DNA of 64,000 nucleotides. Source: an uncultured Mariniphaga sp. (GTDB taxonomy: Bacteria; Bacteroidota; Bacteroidia; Bacteroidales; Prolixibacteraceae). Each line of letters opens with the position of its first letter. The first letter of the stretch is position 1. Location: contig CAZVAD010000001.1 in NCBI GenBank assembly GCA_964624645.1, forward strand, positions 11,394-75,393, in the 5' to 3' direction. Below, piece by piece: positions 10,120-19,716 of the stretch. Under the pieces are notes generated by a model. It had not been told where the DNA came from and did not search any database. It saw only the letters and a program-made list of their open reading frames with translations. Position numbers and translations under genes: made by a program.

Positions 10120-11505
10120 ATGGTGAAACAAAAAACATTAGCAAAAGCATTTACGATTGAAGGGAAAGGGTTGCATACCGGCGTTAATGTGACCATGGTT
10201 TTTAAGCCGGCCCCTGTGAATCACGGATTCAAATTCAAAAGGGTGGATTTGAAAAATCAGCCGGTGATTGATGCCGATGTGGAATTGGTTATTGACACAT
10301 CCCGTGGAACCCTTCTTGAAAAGGACGGTGCACGCATCGGTACCATTGAACATGCGCTGGCGGCGCTGACCGGCATGGACCTCGACAACGTGCTTATTGA
10401 GGTGAACAACGAAGAAGCCCCGATTATGGACGGAAGCTCAAAAGTTTTCGTTGAAGCCATTGAAAAAACCGGAGTTGTTAAGCAGAATGCTGAAAGAGAA
10501 TATTTTGAGATTCAGGAGAAAATTGAAGTGTATGACGAACATTCCGGGTCACACATCATCGCACTCCCGGATGACGATTACCGGCTGAATGTTATGATCT
10601 CATTTCAGTCGAGAGTGCTCAACAACCAGTTTGCCACACTGGATTCAATCCGTGAATTCAGGGATGAAATATCCATGTGCCGGACTTTTGTGTTTTTACA
10701 CGAACTGGAGTATCTGCTGAACAATAATCTGATAAAAGGCGGCGATCTCAACAATGCCATTGTCATCATTGACAAGGAAGTGGGGCAGGAGGAGATGAAC
10801 CGCCTGGCAGATTTATTCCAACACGACCGGATTGCCGTGAAACCGCAGGGGATTCTGAACAATCTTGAGCTTTATTTTGACAACGAATGCGCACGGCATA
10901 AACTTCTGGATGTTATCGGTGACCTGACACTTTGCGGAAAAAAAATCAAGGGCAGAATCATCGCATCAAAACCGGGGCACAGAATAAATACAATTTTTGC
11001 ACATGCCCTGAAGGATGCCTGGAAAAATAAACTGAGCCGTCCGCCGGAATATGACCCGGATACTCTGCCGTTTCTGGATACTACCCAGATAAAGGAACTT
11101 TTGCCTCATCGCTACCCGTTTCTGATGGTGGACAAGATTTTATCCATGACTGAAAAAGAGGTGGTCGGGGTTAAAAATGTTACGCACAATGAACCTTTCT
11201 TTCCGGGGCATTTCCCTGAAGAACCGGTTATGCCTGGCGTAATGCTCATTGAAGCGATGGCACAGACCGGCGGATTGCTGGTACTTCACAAACTTGAAGG
11301 GAAATACTCCACTTATTTCATCCGGGTTGATAATGTGAGGTTTCGGAAAAAAGTGGTTCCCGGCGATACGCTGATTTTTAAAGTGAAACTCACTTCCCCC
11401 ATCCGGCGCGGAATTGCAACAATGAAAGGGCTGACCTATGTAGGTTCCAAAATTGTGGCAGAGGGGGAGTTTATGGCACAAGTAGTAAAGCAGGATGAGG
11501 ATTAA
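10120..11505 (+). CDS. lpxC-fabZ: bifunctional UDP-3-O-acyl-GlcNAc deacetylase / 3-hydroxyacyl-ACP dehydratase
   Basis: The N-terminal LpxC half has GKGLHTGV and TIEHALAAL. The C-terminal FabZ half has LPHRYPFLMVD and FFPGHFPEEPVMPGVM. This fusion is typical of Bacteroidota. Confidence 0.95.
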   Translation: MVKQKTLAKAFTIEGKGLHTGVNVTMVFKPAPVNHGFKFKRVDLKNQPVIDADVELVIDTSRGTLLEKDGARIGTIEHALAALTGMDLDNVLIEVNNEEAPIMDGSSKVFVEAIEKTGVVKQNAEREYFEIQEKIEVYDEHSGSHIIALPDDDYRLNVMISFQSRVLNNQFATLDSIREFRDEISMCRTFVFLHELEYLLNNNLIKGGDLNNAIVIIDKEVGQEEMNRLADLFQHDRIAVKPQGILNNLELYFDNECARHKLLDVIGDLTLCGKKIKGRIIASKPGHRINTIFAHALKDAWKNKLSRPPEYDPDTLPFLDTTQIKELLPHRYPFLMVDKILSMTEKEVVGVKNVTHNEPFFPGHFPEEPVMPGVMLIEAMAQTGGLLVLHKLEGKYSTYFIRVDNVRFRKKVVPGDTLIFKVKLTSPIRRGIATMKGLTYVGSKIVAEGEFMAQVVKQDED

Positions 11506-11620
11506 TCCGGATATTATAGTCAATTGTCCATTGAGCCATTAAAAGTCTGCCAAAAGAAAGTGATTTTTACAATGGCTGAATCCATATTGTATTTTTAAAA
11601 TATTTACAATTATTAAAAAC

Positions 11621-12403
11621 ATGAAACAACCACTGGCATATGTTCATCCCGATGCAAAAGTATCAGACAATGTTGTAATAGAGCCATTTGCATCTATTGA
11701 CAGGGATGTTGTAATTGAAGAAGGAACCCGCATTGGTTCCAATGCAACCATACTTTCAGGAACACGGATCGGTAAAAACTGTAATATTTTCCCCGGGGCA
11801 GTCATTGGCGCCATTCCGCAGGATTTAAAATTCAGAGGCGAATACAGCACTGTGGAAATCGGGAATAACAACACCATCAGGGAGTTTGTTACAATCAACA
11901 GAGGTACTTCGGCAAAGGGGAAAACTGTGATTGGCGACAATAACCTGCTCATGGCTTATGTTCACATTGCCCATGACTGTGTCATTGGCAATTCGGTGAT
12001 TCTTGTGAACAACACCCAACTGGCCGGAGAAGTGATTGTGGACGACTGGGCAATTATTTCAGGAATGACCGCTGTGCACCAGTTTTGCAGAATCGGCTCA
12101 CATACTATGATCGGTGGCGGTTCACTGGTACGTAAAGATGTTCCGCCGTTTATCAAGGCCGGGCGCGATCCGCTGTCATACATTGGTATCAATTCCATCG
12201 GTCTGCGTCGCCGCGATTATTCCAACGATAAAATCAGGGAGATTCAGGACATTTACCGGTATATTTACCAGAAAGGGCTGAATACCGCACAGGCGCTCGA
12301 TCTCATTGAGGCAGAAATGCCTGCATCACAGGAGCGTGACGAAATTCTGCTGTTTGTGAGAGATTCAAGCCGGGGGATTATCAGAGGCTATTTCCCGGAT
12401 TGA
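11621..12403 (+). CDS. lpxA: acyl-ACP--UDP-N-acetylglucosamine O-acyltransferase
   Basis: Hexapeptide-repeat N-terminus (HPDAKVSDNVVIEPFASI) and the LpxA C-terminal helical domain (GINSIGLRRR...IREI). Confidence 0.9.
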   Translation: MKQPLAYVHPDAKVSDNVVIEPFASIDRDVVIEEGTRIGSNATILSGTRIGKNCNIFPGAVIGAIPQDLKFRGEYSTVEIGNNNTIREFVTINRGTSAKGKTVIGDNNLLMAYVHIAHDCVIGNSVILVNNTQLAGEVIVDDWAIISGMTAVHQFCRIGSHTMIGGGSLVRKDVPPFIKAGRDPLSYIGINSIGLRRRDYSNDKIREIQDIYRYIYQKGLNTAQALDLIEAEMPASQERDEILLFVRDSSRGIIRGYFPD

Positions 12404-12406
12404 CAG

Positions 12407-13447
12407 TTAGCTTTCCAGGTGTTTCCAACCCTGCGCCAGCAATGCAATTTTTGACCCGCCGGTAGTCATCAGGTTTGCCCCTTCTTCTGCGCGGGTCATT
12501 TCGCCGATGATGGTAAAATCCGGATCATTCTTAATTTTTTCTGCATCAGCAGGGGAGAGCGTGAAAAGCAGTTCATAATCTTCCCCGCCGTTCAGCGCTG
12601 CCACAATTGGATTGATATTCAGCTCTTCAGCCATCTTTTTTGTCTGGGCGTCCATGGGGATTTTGTCCTCGTACAGTCTGCAGCCCACTTCTGAATTTTT
12701 GCATAAATGCAGAATCTCCGAGGAAAGTCCGTCAGATATGTCAATCATCGCAGAGGGTTTTATGTTCAGTTTTTCAAAAACAGAGATTACATCGGCGCGG
12801 GCTTCCGGTTTCATTTGCCGTTGCAGGATATAGTCATACCCTGAAAGCTGCGGCTGCATCTCCTGATGCACCTTGAACACTTCGTTTTCCCGTTCCAGCA
12901 GCTGCAATCCCATGAACGCTCCGCCCAAATCTCCGGAAACGCAAAGTAAGTCCCCTGCACGGGCGCCGCTGCGGTAAACAATATCATCCCCGGAAGCTTC
13001 ACCCACTGCACTGATGCTGATGGTTAATCCGGTGAGTGAGCTGGTGGTGTCGCCACCAACCAGATCAACGCTGTAATGATCGCAGGCAAGATGAATTCCG
13101 GCATACAGCTCTTCTATGGCCTCCACCGTAAATTTGCCGGACAGCGCCAGACTGACCGTTATCTGTTTTGGCCGGGCATTCATGGCGTATATGTCTGAAA
13201 GATTTACAATCACTGCCTTATATCCCAGGTATTTCAGGGGGAAATACATCAGGTTGAAGTGTATTCCTTCGGTGAGCAAATCGGTGGAAAGGAGTATGCA
13301 TTTGTCGTGGTAATTAAGCACGGCAGCATCATCGCCCACTCCTTTCAGGGTACTTTTATTTTTTATCTGAATCTGATTTGTCAGTCGGTCAATCAGGCCA
13401 AATTCGCCCAAATCAGAAACCGGTGTTCGTTTTTTTTGATTTTCCAT
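12407..13447 (-). CDS. thiL: thiamine-monophosphate kinase
   Basis: AIR-synthase-like fold motifs GEFGLIDRL, GDDAAV and VGGDT. Length is 346 aa. Confidence 0.85.
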   Translation of the reverse strand: MENQKKRTPVSDLGEFGLIDRLTNQIQIKNKSTLKGVGDDAAVLNYHDKCILLSTDLLTEGIHFNLMYFPLKYLGYKAVIVNLSDIYAMNARPKQITVSLALSGKFTVEAIEELYAGIHLACDHYSVDLVGGDTTSSLTGLTISISAVGEASGDDIVYRSGARAGDLLCVSGDLGGAFMGLQLLERENEVFKVHQEMQPQLSGYDYILQRQMKPEARADVISVFEKLNIKPSAMIDISDGLSSEILHLCKNSEVGCRLYEDKIPMDAQTKKMAEELNINPIVAALNGGEDYELLFTLSPADAEKIKNDPDFTIIGEMTRAEEGANLMTTGGSKIALLAQGWKHLES

Positions 13448-13491
13448 TGTTAATAAAAGAGTTATAAGTGCGTAGTTATTTTATTACAGCG

Positions 13492-13499
13492 CAAAAATA
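13492..13499 (-). promoter_or_regulatory. -7 box (TATTTTTG on the minus strand) for thiL
   Basis: Exact TAnnTTTG about 45 nt upstream of the thiL ATG. Confidence 0.4.
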
Positions 13500-13511
13500 T
13501 TCATAGTTTTA

Positions 13512-13519
13512 TATCTTTG
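13512..13519 (+). promoter_or_regulatory. -7 box (TATCTTTG) for sufB
   Basis: Exact TAnnTTTG about 58 nt upstream of the sufB ATG at 13578. Confidence 0.45.
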
Positions 13520-13577
13520 CAATCATTCGATAAACAGTTTAATAAAATGTTTGTTACTTATCCAAAACAAGAAAAAA

Positions 13578-15023
13578 ATGACAGATCAAGATAAGTTACT
13601 TGCAGAAGTAACTCAACGAGAATATAAATACGGATTTTACACAGATATCGAGACCGACATTATTCCGCCGGGGTTAAACGAAGAGGTGGTCCGCACCATC
13701 TGGAAGAAAAAGAAGGAGCCTGATTTCATGCTTGATTTCAGGCTGAAAGCATTCCGTAAATGGCAAAAAATGAAAATGCCCGACTGGGCCTATTTGAATA
13801 TCCCACCCATTGATTTTCAGAGTATCAGTTATTATGCAGCGCCCAAAAAGAATCCGGAATTGAAGAGCCTTGACGAGGTGGATCCGGAGCTGATTGAAAC
13901 TTTCAATAAATTGGGCATTCCGCTGGAAGAACAGAAGCGGCTTGCAGGGGTTGCGGTTGATGCTGTGATCGACAGTGTTTCGGTCAAAACCACTTTCAAG
14001 GAGGTGCTGGCTGAAAAGGGAATCATCTTCTCTTCTTTCAGCAGTGCGCTGCGGGAGCACCCTGACCTGGTGCAGAAATACATTGGGCAGGCGGTTCCAA
14101 TGGGGGATAACTTTTTTGCCACGCTTAATTCGGCAGTGTTCAGTGATGGTTCGTTTTGCTACATTCCGAAGGGCGTGAAATGTCCCATGGAATTGTCCAC
14201 CTATTTCAGAATCAATGCTGCCAATACCGGCCAGTTTGAGCGTACGCTCATCATTGCCGACGACGATAGCTATGTTAGCTATCTGGAGGGGTGCACAGCC
14301 CCCATGCGCGATGAAAATCAGCTTCATGCGGCAGTGGTTGAAATCATTGCGATGGATCGCGCTGAGGTGAAATACTCCACGGTTCAGAACTGGTATCCCG
14401 GAGACAAGGAAGGGAAAGGCGGTGTTTACAATTTTGTTACAAAACGGGGAATTTGCCGTGGCGTTTCATCAAAAATAAGCTGGACACAGGTGGAAACCGG
14501 CTCGGCAATTACCTGGAAATATCCGAGTTGTGTATTGCAGGGCAACAATTCGGTGGGCGAATTCAATTCGGTGGCTGTAACCAATGGCTTCCAGCAGGCC
14601 GACACCGGCACAAAAATGATTCATATTGGCAAAAACACAAAAAGCACAATCGTTTCCAAAGGAATTTCAGCAGGAAAAAGCAGCAATTCTTACCGGGGAC
14701 TGGTAAAAGTTTTGCCGGGCGCAGTAAATTCCCGGAATTTTTCCCAGTGCGACTCCCTGTTGCTGAACGATACCTGCGGAGCACACACTTTCCCATATAT
14801 TGAAGTGGGCAATAAATCTTCTGTCGTGGAGCATGAGGCCACAACATCAAAAATTGGCGAAGATCAGATTTTTTATTGCAATCAGCGCGGCATTGACACC
14901 GAAAAAGCAATCAGTATGATTGTGAACGGATACGCCAAAGAGGTGCTGAACAAGCTGCCGATGGAGTTTGCTGTCGAGGCTCAGAAGTTGCTGGAAATCA
15001 GTCTGGAAGGAAGTGTCGGTTAA
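13578..15023 (+). CDS. sufB: Fe-S cluster assembly protein SufB
   Basis: The whole sequence reads as SufB (YKYGF..., [26 protein letters not shown]). I prefer the ATG at 13578 over the TTG at 13551. Confidence 0.95.
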   Translation: MTDQDKLLAEVTQREYKYGFYTDIETDIIPPGLNEEVVRTIWKKKKEPDFMLDFRLKAFRKWQKMKMPDWAYLNIPPIDFQSISYYAAPKKNPELKSLDEVDPELIETFNKLGIPLEEQKRLAGVAVDAVIDSVSVKTTFKEVLAEKGIIFSSFSSALREHPDLVQKYIGQAVPMGDNFFATLNSAVFSDGSFCYIPKGVKCPMELSTYFRINAANTGQFERTLIIADDDSYVSYLEGCTAPMRDENQLHAAVVEIIAMDRAEVKYSTVQNWYPGDKEGKGGVYNFVTKRGICRGVSSKISWTQVETGSAITWKYPSCVLQGNNSVGEFNSVAVTNGFQQADTGTKMIHIGKNTKSTIVSKGISAGKSSNSYRGLVKVLPGAVNSRNFSQCDSLLLNDTCGAHTFPYIEVGNKSSVVEHEATTSKIGEDQIFYCNQRGIDTEKAISMIVNGYAKEVLNKLPMEFAVEAQKLLEISLEGSVG

Positions 15024-15208
15024 TCTGTTTCAGGAATGATTCATTAATCTTCTGCGCATGCGGTTAACAGCTTTCTGCCATAGAAATAATCCGGCTTTCA
15101 GAAAAAGGAAGGTGCGGTTTTAAAAACAAATAAATTAAATAAAAATAATAACAATATGCTCTTGTTTTATTCTTGAGTTGATTTACAGGAGCCTGAATAA
15201 CAAAAAAT

Positions 15209-15961
15209 ATGCTGTCAATTAAAGATTTATATGTGTCCGTTGAAGGGATGGAAATCCTGAAAGGAATCAACCTGGAGGTAAAAGCGGGTGAAATTCATGC
15301 CATTATGGGGCCCAACGGATCGGGAAAAAGTACGCTGGCCAATGTGCTTGCCGGTAAGGAGGAGTTTGAAGTTACACAGGGAACAATAACATACCTGGGC
15401 GAAGACCTTCTGGAAATGGCGCCCGAGAACAGGGCAAAAGAGGGACTTTTTATGAGCTTTCAGTACCCGGTTGAAATTCCCGGCGTTCCCATGGTCAATT
15501 TTCTGAAAACTGCTGTGAATGAGCACCGGAAATACCGTGGCGAAGAGGAGCTGAATGCAGGACAATTCCTCCGGTATATGCGCGAAAAAATGGAGCTGGT
15601 CGATTTGCATGCACAGTTGACCAACCGTTCCGTAAATGAAGGATTTTCGGGAGGCGAAAAAAAGAAAAATGAAATTTTTCAGATGGCGCTTCTTGAACCC
15701 AAACTTGCCATTTTGGACGAAACCGATTCCGGTTTGGATATTGATGCACTGAAAACCGTTGCCCTTGGGGTGAATGCACTTCGCACACCTGAAAATGCAA
15801 CCATCATTGTTACCCACTATCAGCGTTTGCTGGAACACATTGTTCCGGATTTTGTCCATGTGTTGTACCAGGGAAAGATTGCGAAAACAGCCGGGAAAGA
15901 GCTGGCTTTTAAGCTTGAAGAGATGGGGTATGACTGGTTAAAACAAAAAAACGGAAATTAA
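15209..15961 (+). CDS. sufC: Fe-S cluster assembly ATPase SufC
   Basis: Walker A GPNGSGKST, ABC signature FSGGEKKK, Walker B ILDETDSGLD. Confidence 0.95.
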   Translation: MLSIKDLYVSVEGMEILKGINLEVKAGEIHAIMGPNGSGKSTLANVLAGKEEFEVTQGTITYLGEDLLEMAPENRAKEGLFMSFQYPVEIPGVPMVNFLKTAVNEHRKYRGEEELNAGQFLRYMREKMELVDLHAQLTNRSVNEGFSGGEKKKNEIFQMALLEPKLAILDETDSGLDIDALKTVALGVNALRTPENATIIVTHYQRLLEHIVPDFVHVLYQGKIAKTAGKELAFKLEEMGYDWLKQKNGN

Positions 15962-15962
15962 A

Positions 15963-17324
15963 ATGAGCGTACTGACAGAAAAGCTGGATGTTTCCCTGAA
16001 ATATGCTGCTCACTACAATGACGTAAAGGATAGCCTTCAGAAGAATTCTTCTGATGTGCTGAATGCTTTGCGTTTTAAGGCGTTTCAGCATTTTGTGGAG
16101 CAGGGCATCCCGACACGGAAAAATGAAAATTACAAATACACCAACCTGCAACCGCAGTTTTTACCGGATTTTCGGTTTATCCATAGCCGCCAGCCGGTTG
16201 AGGTTGACCTGAACGATGTCTTTCGCTGTGATGTGCCCGATCTGGACACTCATCTTGCATTCATTTTCAATGGATGGTTTTACGAAAATAACCAGCGGAT
16301 CGGCGAGCTTCCCAAGGGTGTGATTTTCGACAGCCTGGAAAAAGTTGCACAGGAAAAGCCGGAACTTTTGAAAAAATATGCCTCATTGGCAGACAGCGCT
16401 GCAGATCCTTTGGTGGCGTTGAATACGGCCTTTGCAAAGGATGGCTACTTTCTTTATGTGCCTAAAAATGTAATCATCGAAAAGCCTTTGCAGCTGATAA
16501 ATTTTCTCAATGCAGATGAAGATGCCTTTGTAACCCAGCGTAATTTCATTTACGTGGAAGAGGGCGCCGATGTGAAAATAGTTTCATGCGATCATACCCT
16601 GAATCTGAATACTTACCTGAACAACACGGTTACCGAAATTTTCGTGGGTGCAAACGCCAGTTTTGAGTATTACACCTTGCAGAATCAGCATAACAAAACC
16701 ACCAGCTTGAATTCGGTTTTTGTTTATCAGGAGAGGGATTCCAGAGCCAATACGCTCTACTCTTCCTTGCACGGAGGGGTAATCAGAAACAACCTGAAAT
16801 TTATTCTTGATGGTGAAAATGCTGAAGCGCACATGTATGGAATGGCATTTATTGACCAAAAACAGCATGTGGATAACTTCACGCAGGTGATTCATGCAAA
16901 ACCAAATTGCGAGAGCAATCAGATTTACAAAAATGTGCTGAATCACCATTCCACAGGCGCATTTACCGGGCAGATCAATGTTCTTCGCGATGCCCAGAAA
17001 ACCAATGCATTTCAGCGGAACAACAATTTGCTCCTTACCGATCATGCAACAATGCAAACCAAGCCTCAGCTGATTATTGATGCTGACGATGTGAAATGCA
17101 GCCATGGCGCAACCGTGGGGCAAATTGACGAGGAAGCGCTGTTTTACCTGCGCACCCGCGGCATTGACGAAGATAAAGCCCGCCTGATGATGATGAATGC
17201 CTTTGCCCATGAAGTGGTTGAGCAAATTTCGATTGTCCCGTTTCGCGAACGGATTGATCTGTTGGTGGATAAGGCGCTGAGAGGTGAGGTGGCGCGGTGC
17301 CACGAATGTGGCTATACCTGTTAA
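15963..17324 (+). CDS. sufD: Fe-S cluster assembly protein SufD
   Basis: SufB/SufD-family C-terminal beta-helix (QLIIDADDVKCSHGATVGQIDEEALFYLRTRGI). The start is 1 nt after the sufC stop. Confidence 0.9.
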   Translation: MSVLTEKLDVSLKYAAHYNDVKDSLQKNSSDVLNALRFKAFQHFVEQGIPTRKNENYKYTNLQPQFLPDFRFIHSRQPVEVDLNDVFRCDVPDLDTHLAFIFNGWFYENNQRIGELPKGVIFDSLEKVAQEKPELLKKYASLADSAADPLVALNTAFAKDGYFLYVPKNVIIEKPLQLINFLNADEDAFVTQRNFIYVEEGADVKIVSCDHTLNLNTYLNNTVTEIFVGANASFEYYTLQNQHNKTTSLNSVFVYQERDSRANTLYSSLHGGVIRNNLKFILDGENAEAHMYGMAFIDQKQHVDNFTQVIHAKPNCESNQIYKNVLNHHSTGAFTGQINVLRDAQKTNAFQRNNNLLLTDHATMQTKPQLIIDADDVKCSHGATVGQIDEEALFYLRTRGIDEDKARLMMMNAFAHEVVEQISIVPFRERIDLLVDKALRGEVARCHECGYTC

Positions 17325-17355
17325 TTATTCCGGCAGAGTTTACAACAGATAATTC

Positions 17356-17403
17356 ACCCGCAATTTCCCTGTAAAACCACGGAAGTTGCGGGTTATTTTA
17401 TTT
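17356..17403 (+). terminator. intrinsic-terminator-like hairpin between sufD and sufS
   Basis: A 13-bp stem with one G-U pair (ACCCGCAATTTCC ... GGAAGTTGCGGGT) and a 12-nt loop, followed directly by TATTTTATTT. Confidence 0.55.
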
Positions 17404-17444
17404 AAAACGGTTTTTTTACCTTTATAGCCCTAAAAGTTGCAAAA

Positions 17445-18665
17445 ATGGCTTATGATATTGATACCATCCGAAGTTTTTTCCCCATACTGAAACAGAAAGT
17501 TTACGACAAACCGCTGATATATTTTGACAACGCAGCCACAACCCAAAAGCCTGTTCAGGTGCTGATGTCGCTGGAACGTACCCAGAATGATTTTTACGGA
17601 AACATCCATCGTGCGGTCCATTACATGGCCGGAAAAGCTACCGAGGAGTTTGAGATGGTGCGCAAATCCGTGCAGCAGTTCATCAATGCCGGAAGCAGTG
17701 ATGAAATTATTTTCACCAAAGGAACCACCGAAAGCGTTAACCTTGTGGCATCGGTTTTTGGCGAGCAGTTTATAACTCCCGGCAGTGAAATCATCGTTTC
17801 TGAAATGGAGCATCACTCCAATATCGTTCCCTGGCAGATCAATGCTTTGCGCAAGGGGGCAAATATCATCAAACTGCCTGTTTCTGAAACGGGCGAGCTG
17901 CAGACCGGAATTCTGCCGGATCTCATCTCTCCAAAAACACGGCTGATTGCTGTTACGCATGTTTCCAATGTTTTGGGCACAGTGAACCCAATTTCTCAGA
18001 TTGTGGAAACTGCTCACAAATATGACGTGCCGGTTTTTGTGGACGGCGCGCAGGCGGTGCAGCACCTTCCGGTGGATGTGCAGGCGCTGGATGTTGACTT
18101 TTATGCTTTTTCCGCACACAAGATGTATGGCCCGAATGGTGTCGGCGTTCTCTACGGCAAGCGGAAATGGCTGGAACAGTTGCCGCCGTATCAGGGTGGG
18201 GGAGAGATGATTTCCGAGGTATCGTTTGAAAAAACAACATTCAGCGAAATACCCTTTAAGTTTGAAGCCGGAACACCAAATATTGCCGGTGTGATTGCTT
18301 TGGGCGAATCCATAGAGCTGTTGCAGGAAATCGGTTTTGAGTATATCATGAAGCAGGAACAGGAACTGCTTTCCTATGCCACCCGTCAGCTGAAGGAGAT
18401 GGAAGGCCTGAGGATTTACGGGGAAGCGCCTCATAAGTCGGGGGTGATATCGTTTAATATTGAAGGCATCCATCCGTTTGATCTGGGAACCATGCTTGAT
18501 AAAATGGGGGTTGCTGTGCGCACCGGAAGTCTTTGTGCCGAACCGCTGATGGATTTTTTCAATATTTCCGGCATTTTGCGCATATCTTTTGGAATTTACA
18601 ACACAAAAGATGAAGTGGATCATTTTATTACTGCTCTGAAAAAAGCAACGCAAATGCTCCGCTGA
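17445..18665 (+). CDS. sufS: cysteine desulfurase SufS
   Basis: PLP-lysine motif SAHKMYGPNGVGVLYG and active-site cysteine loop RTGSLCAEP. Length is 406 aa. Confidence 0.95.
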   Translation: MAYDIDTIRSFFPILKQKVYDKPLIYFDNAATTQKPVQVLMSLERTQNDFYGNIHRAVHYMAGKATEEFEMVRKSVQQFINAGSSDEIIFTKGTTESVNLVASVFGEQFITPGSEIIVSEMEHHSNIVPWQINALRKGANIIKLPVSETGELQTGILPDLISPKTRLIAVTHVSNVLGTVNPISQIVETAHKYDVPVFVDGAQAVQHLPVDVQALDVDFYAFSAHKMYGPNGVGVLYGKRKWLEQLPPYQGGGEMISEVSFEKTTFSEIPFKFEAGTPNIAGVIALGESIELLQEIGFEYIMKQEQELLSYATRQLKEMEGLRIYGEAPHKSGVISFNIEGIHPFDLGTMLDKMGVAVRTGSLCAEPLMDFFNISGILRISFGIYNTKDEVDHFITALKKATQMLR

Positions 18666-18666
18666 C

Positions 18667-19659
18667 ATGAAGAAATTTTTGGGCGACTGGTTCATCACCG
18701 GATTATTCCTTATGATTTTGGCCGCCTGGCTGAAGCCGGGAATCGGCATGGATATGAAACCTGTTGACCTGAACCTGATTATCGATACCGGAGTAATTCT
18801 GATTTTTTTCTTTTATGGCCTGAAACTGGATTGGGCAAAGATGAAATCCGGAATGCGGAACTGGCAGATGCATCTTGCCGTCCAGTTTACCACTTTTCTT
18901 CTCTTTCCCTTGCTGATATTGCCTTTTCACCCGTTATTGAAAGGCACAAACTACGAAATATTGTGGTTGGGGATGTTCTTCCTGGCAGCGCTGCCTTCAA
19001 CGGTCTCATCCTCGGTGGTGATGGTATCTATTGCCGGTGGAAATATTCCCGGCGCTATTTTCAATGCAAGCATTTCCGGGATTATTGGCATTGTGGCAAC
19101 CCCTCTCTGGATGGGGCTGTTTCTCACCGGACGGCAAGCCGGGTTTGATTTTCAGGATGTGCTGCTGCAACTTATTCTGCATATTATTGTGCCGGTTGTG
19201 GCGGGACTTCTTCTGCATCGTTATTTTGTGCGGCTGGTTAACAGGTATTTACACCAGATTGCTGCTTTTGACAAAGTGATCATTCTGCTCATTGTCTATG
19301 AGTCTTTCAGCCGTTCTTTCATGTCCGGAATTTTCACCTCTGTCAGCTGGAAGGCGCTGATTGGCTTGTTCATTGCGGTTATTCTTCTTTTTTACGTCGT
19401 GTTGAAAATCACAGGAATTCTCTCCCGGAAACTGAATTTTTCCCGTGCAGACGGGATTACGCTGCAGTTTGCCGGAACCAAAAAATCGCTGGTGCACGGC
19501 TCGGTATTCGGAAGCGTACTGTTCAGCGGCATGACCGGCGCCGGAATTTTACTTCTTCCGATTATGATTTACCACAGCTACCAACTGTTTTATATCAGTA
19601 TTGTGGCTCAAAAAATGGCTAAGGAAACGTTGCCGAAACAGAATGAAATCAAAACATAA
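18667..19659 (+). CDS. bile acid:sodium symporter (SBF-like/YfeH-type) family transporter
   Basis: Polytopic membrane protein with LPSTVSSSVVMVSIAGGN, a motif typical of SBF-like transporters. Its ATG begins 1 nt after the sufS TGA. Confidence 0.8.
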   Translation: MKKFLGDWFITGLFLMILAAWLKPGIGMDMKPVDLNLIIDTGVILIFFFYGLKLDWAKMKSGMRNWQMHLAVQFTTFLLFPLLILPFHPLLKGTNYEILWLGMFFLAALPSTVSSSVVMVSIAGGNIPGAIFNASISGIIGIVATPLWMGLFLTGRQAGFDFQDVLLQLILHIIVPVVAGLLLHRYFVRLVNRYLHQIAAFDKVIILLIVYESFSRSFMSGIFTSVSWKALIGLFIAVILLFYVVLKITGILSRKLNFSRADGITLQFAGTKKSLVHGSVFGSVLFSGMTGAGILLLPIMIYHSYQLFYISIVAQKMAKETLPKQNEIKT

Positions 19660-19666
19660 CTTTTGA

Positions 19667-19716
19667 GAAATTTGCAAAGAGAAATTTGCTGAAAGTTAAA
19701 AAAATCCGAAATTTGC
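19667..19716. repeat. three direct copies of GAAATTTGC in the spacer upstream of sufE
   Basis: Copies at 19667-19675, 19681-19689 and 19708-19716. The first two are extended (AGAGAAATTTGC). Confidence 0.6.

Noticed and set aside
15024-15208. An unusually long (185 bp) AT-rich spacer between sufB and sufC, considered as a possible sRNA or terminator site.
   Set aside because: I found no convincing stem-loop with a U-tract and no exact -7 box. It contains only the 8-bp self-complementary CGCATGCG. The evidence is too weak to call a feature.
17430-18749. Very long ORFs antisense to housekeeping genes. The largest is 439 aa opposite all of sufS. Others are 387 aa at 33906-35069 opposite sucA/sucB; 239 aa at 16584-17303 opposite sufD; 217 aa at 13674-14327 opposite sufB; 210 aa at 15227-15859 opposite sufC; 232 aa at 32775-33473 opposite sucA; and 148 aa at 19730-20176 opposite sufE.
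   Set aside because: I checked the phases. Each antisense ORF is codon-aligned with the sense gene, because its lower coordinate and the sense gene's start coordinate have the same value modulo 3. In that frame a stop arises only from sense codons TTA, CTA or TCA. These long ORFs therefore show only that those codons are avoided in these genes, which is codon bias. The translations are also low-complexity and lack motifs. They are not overlapping genes.
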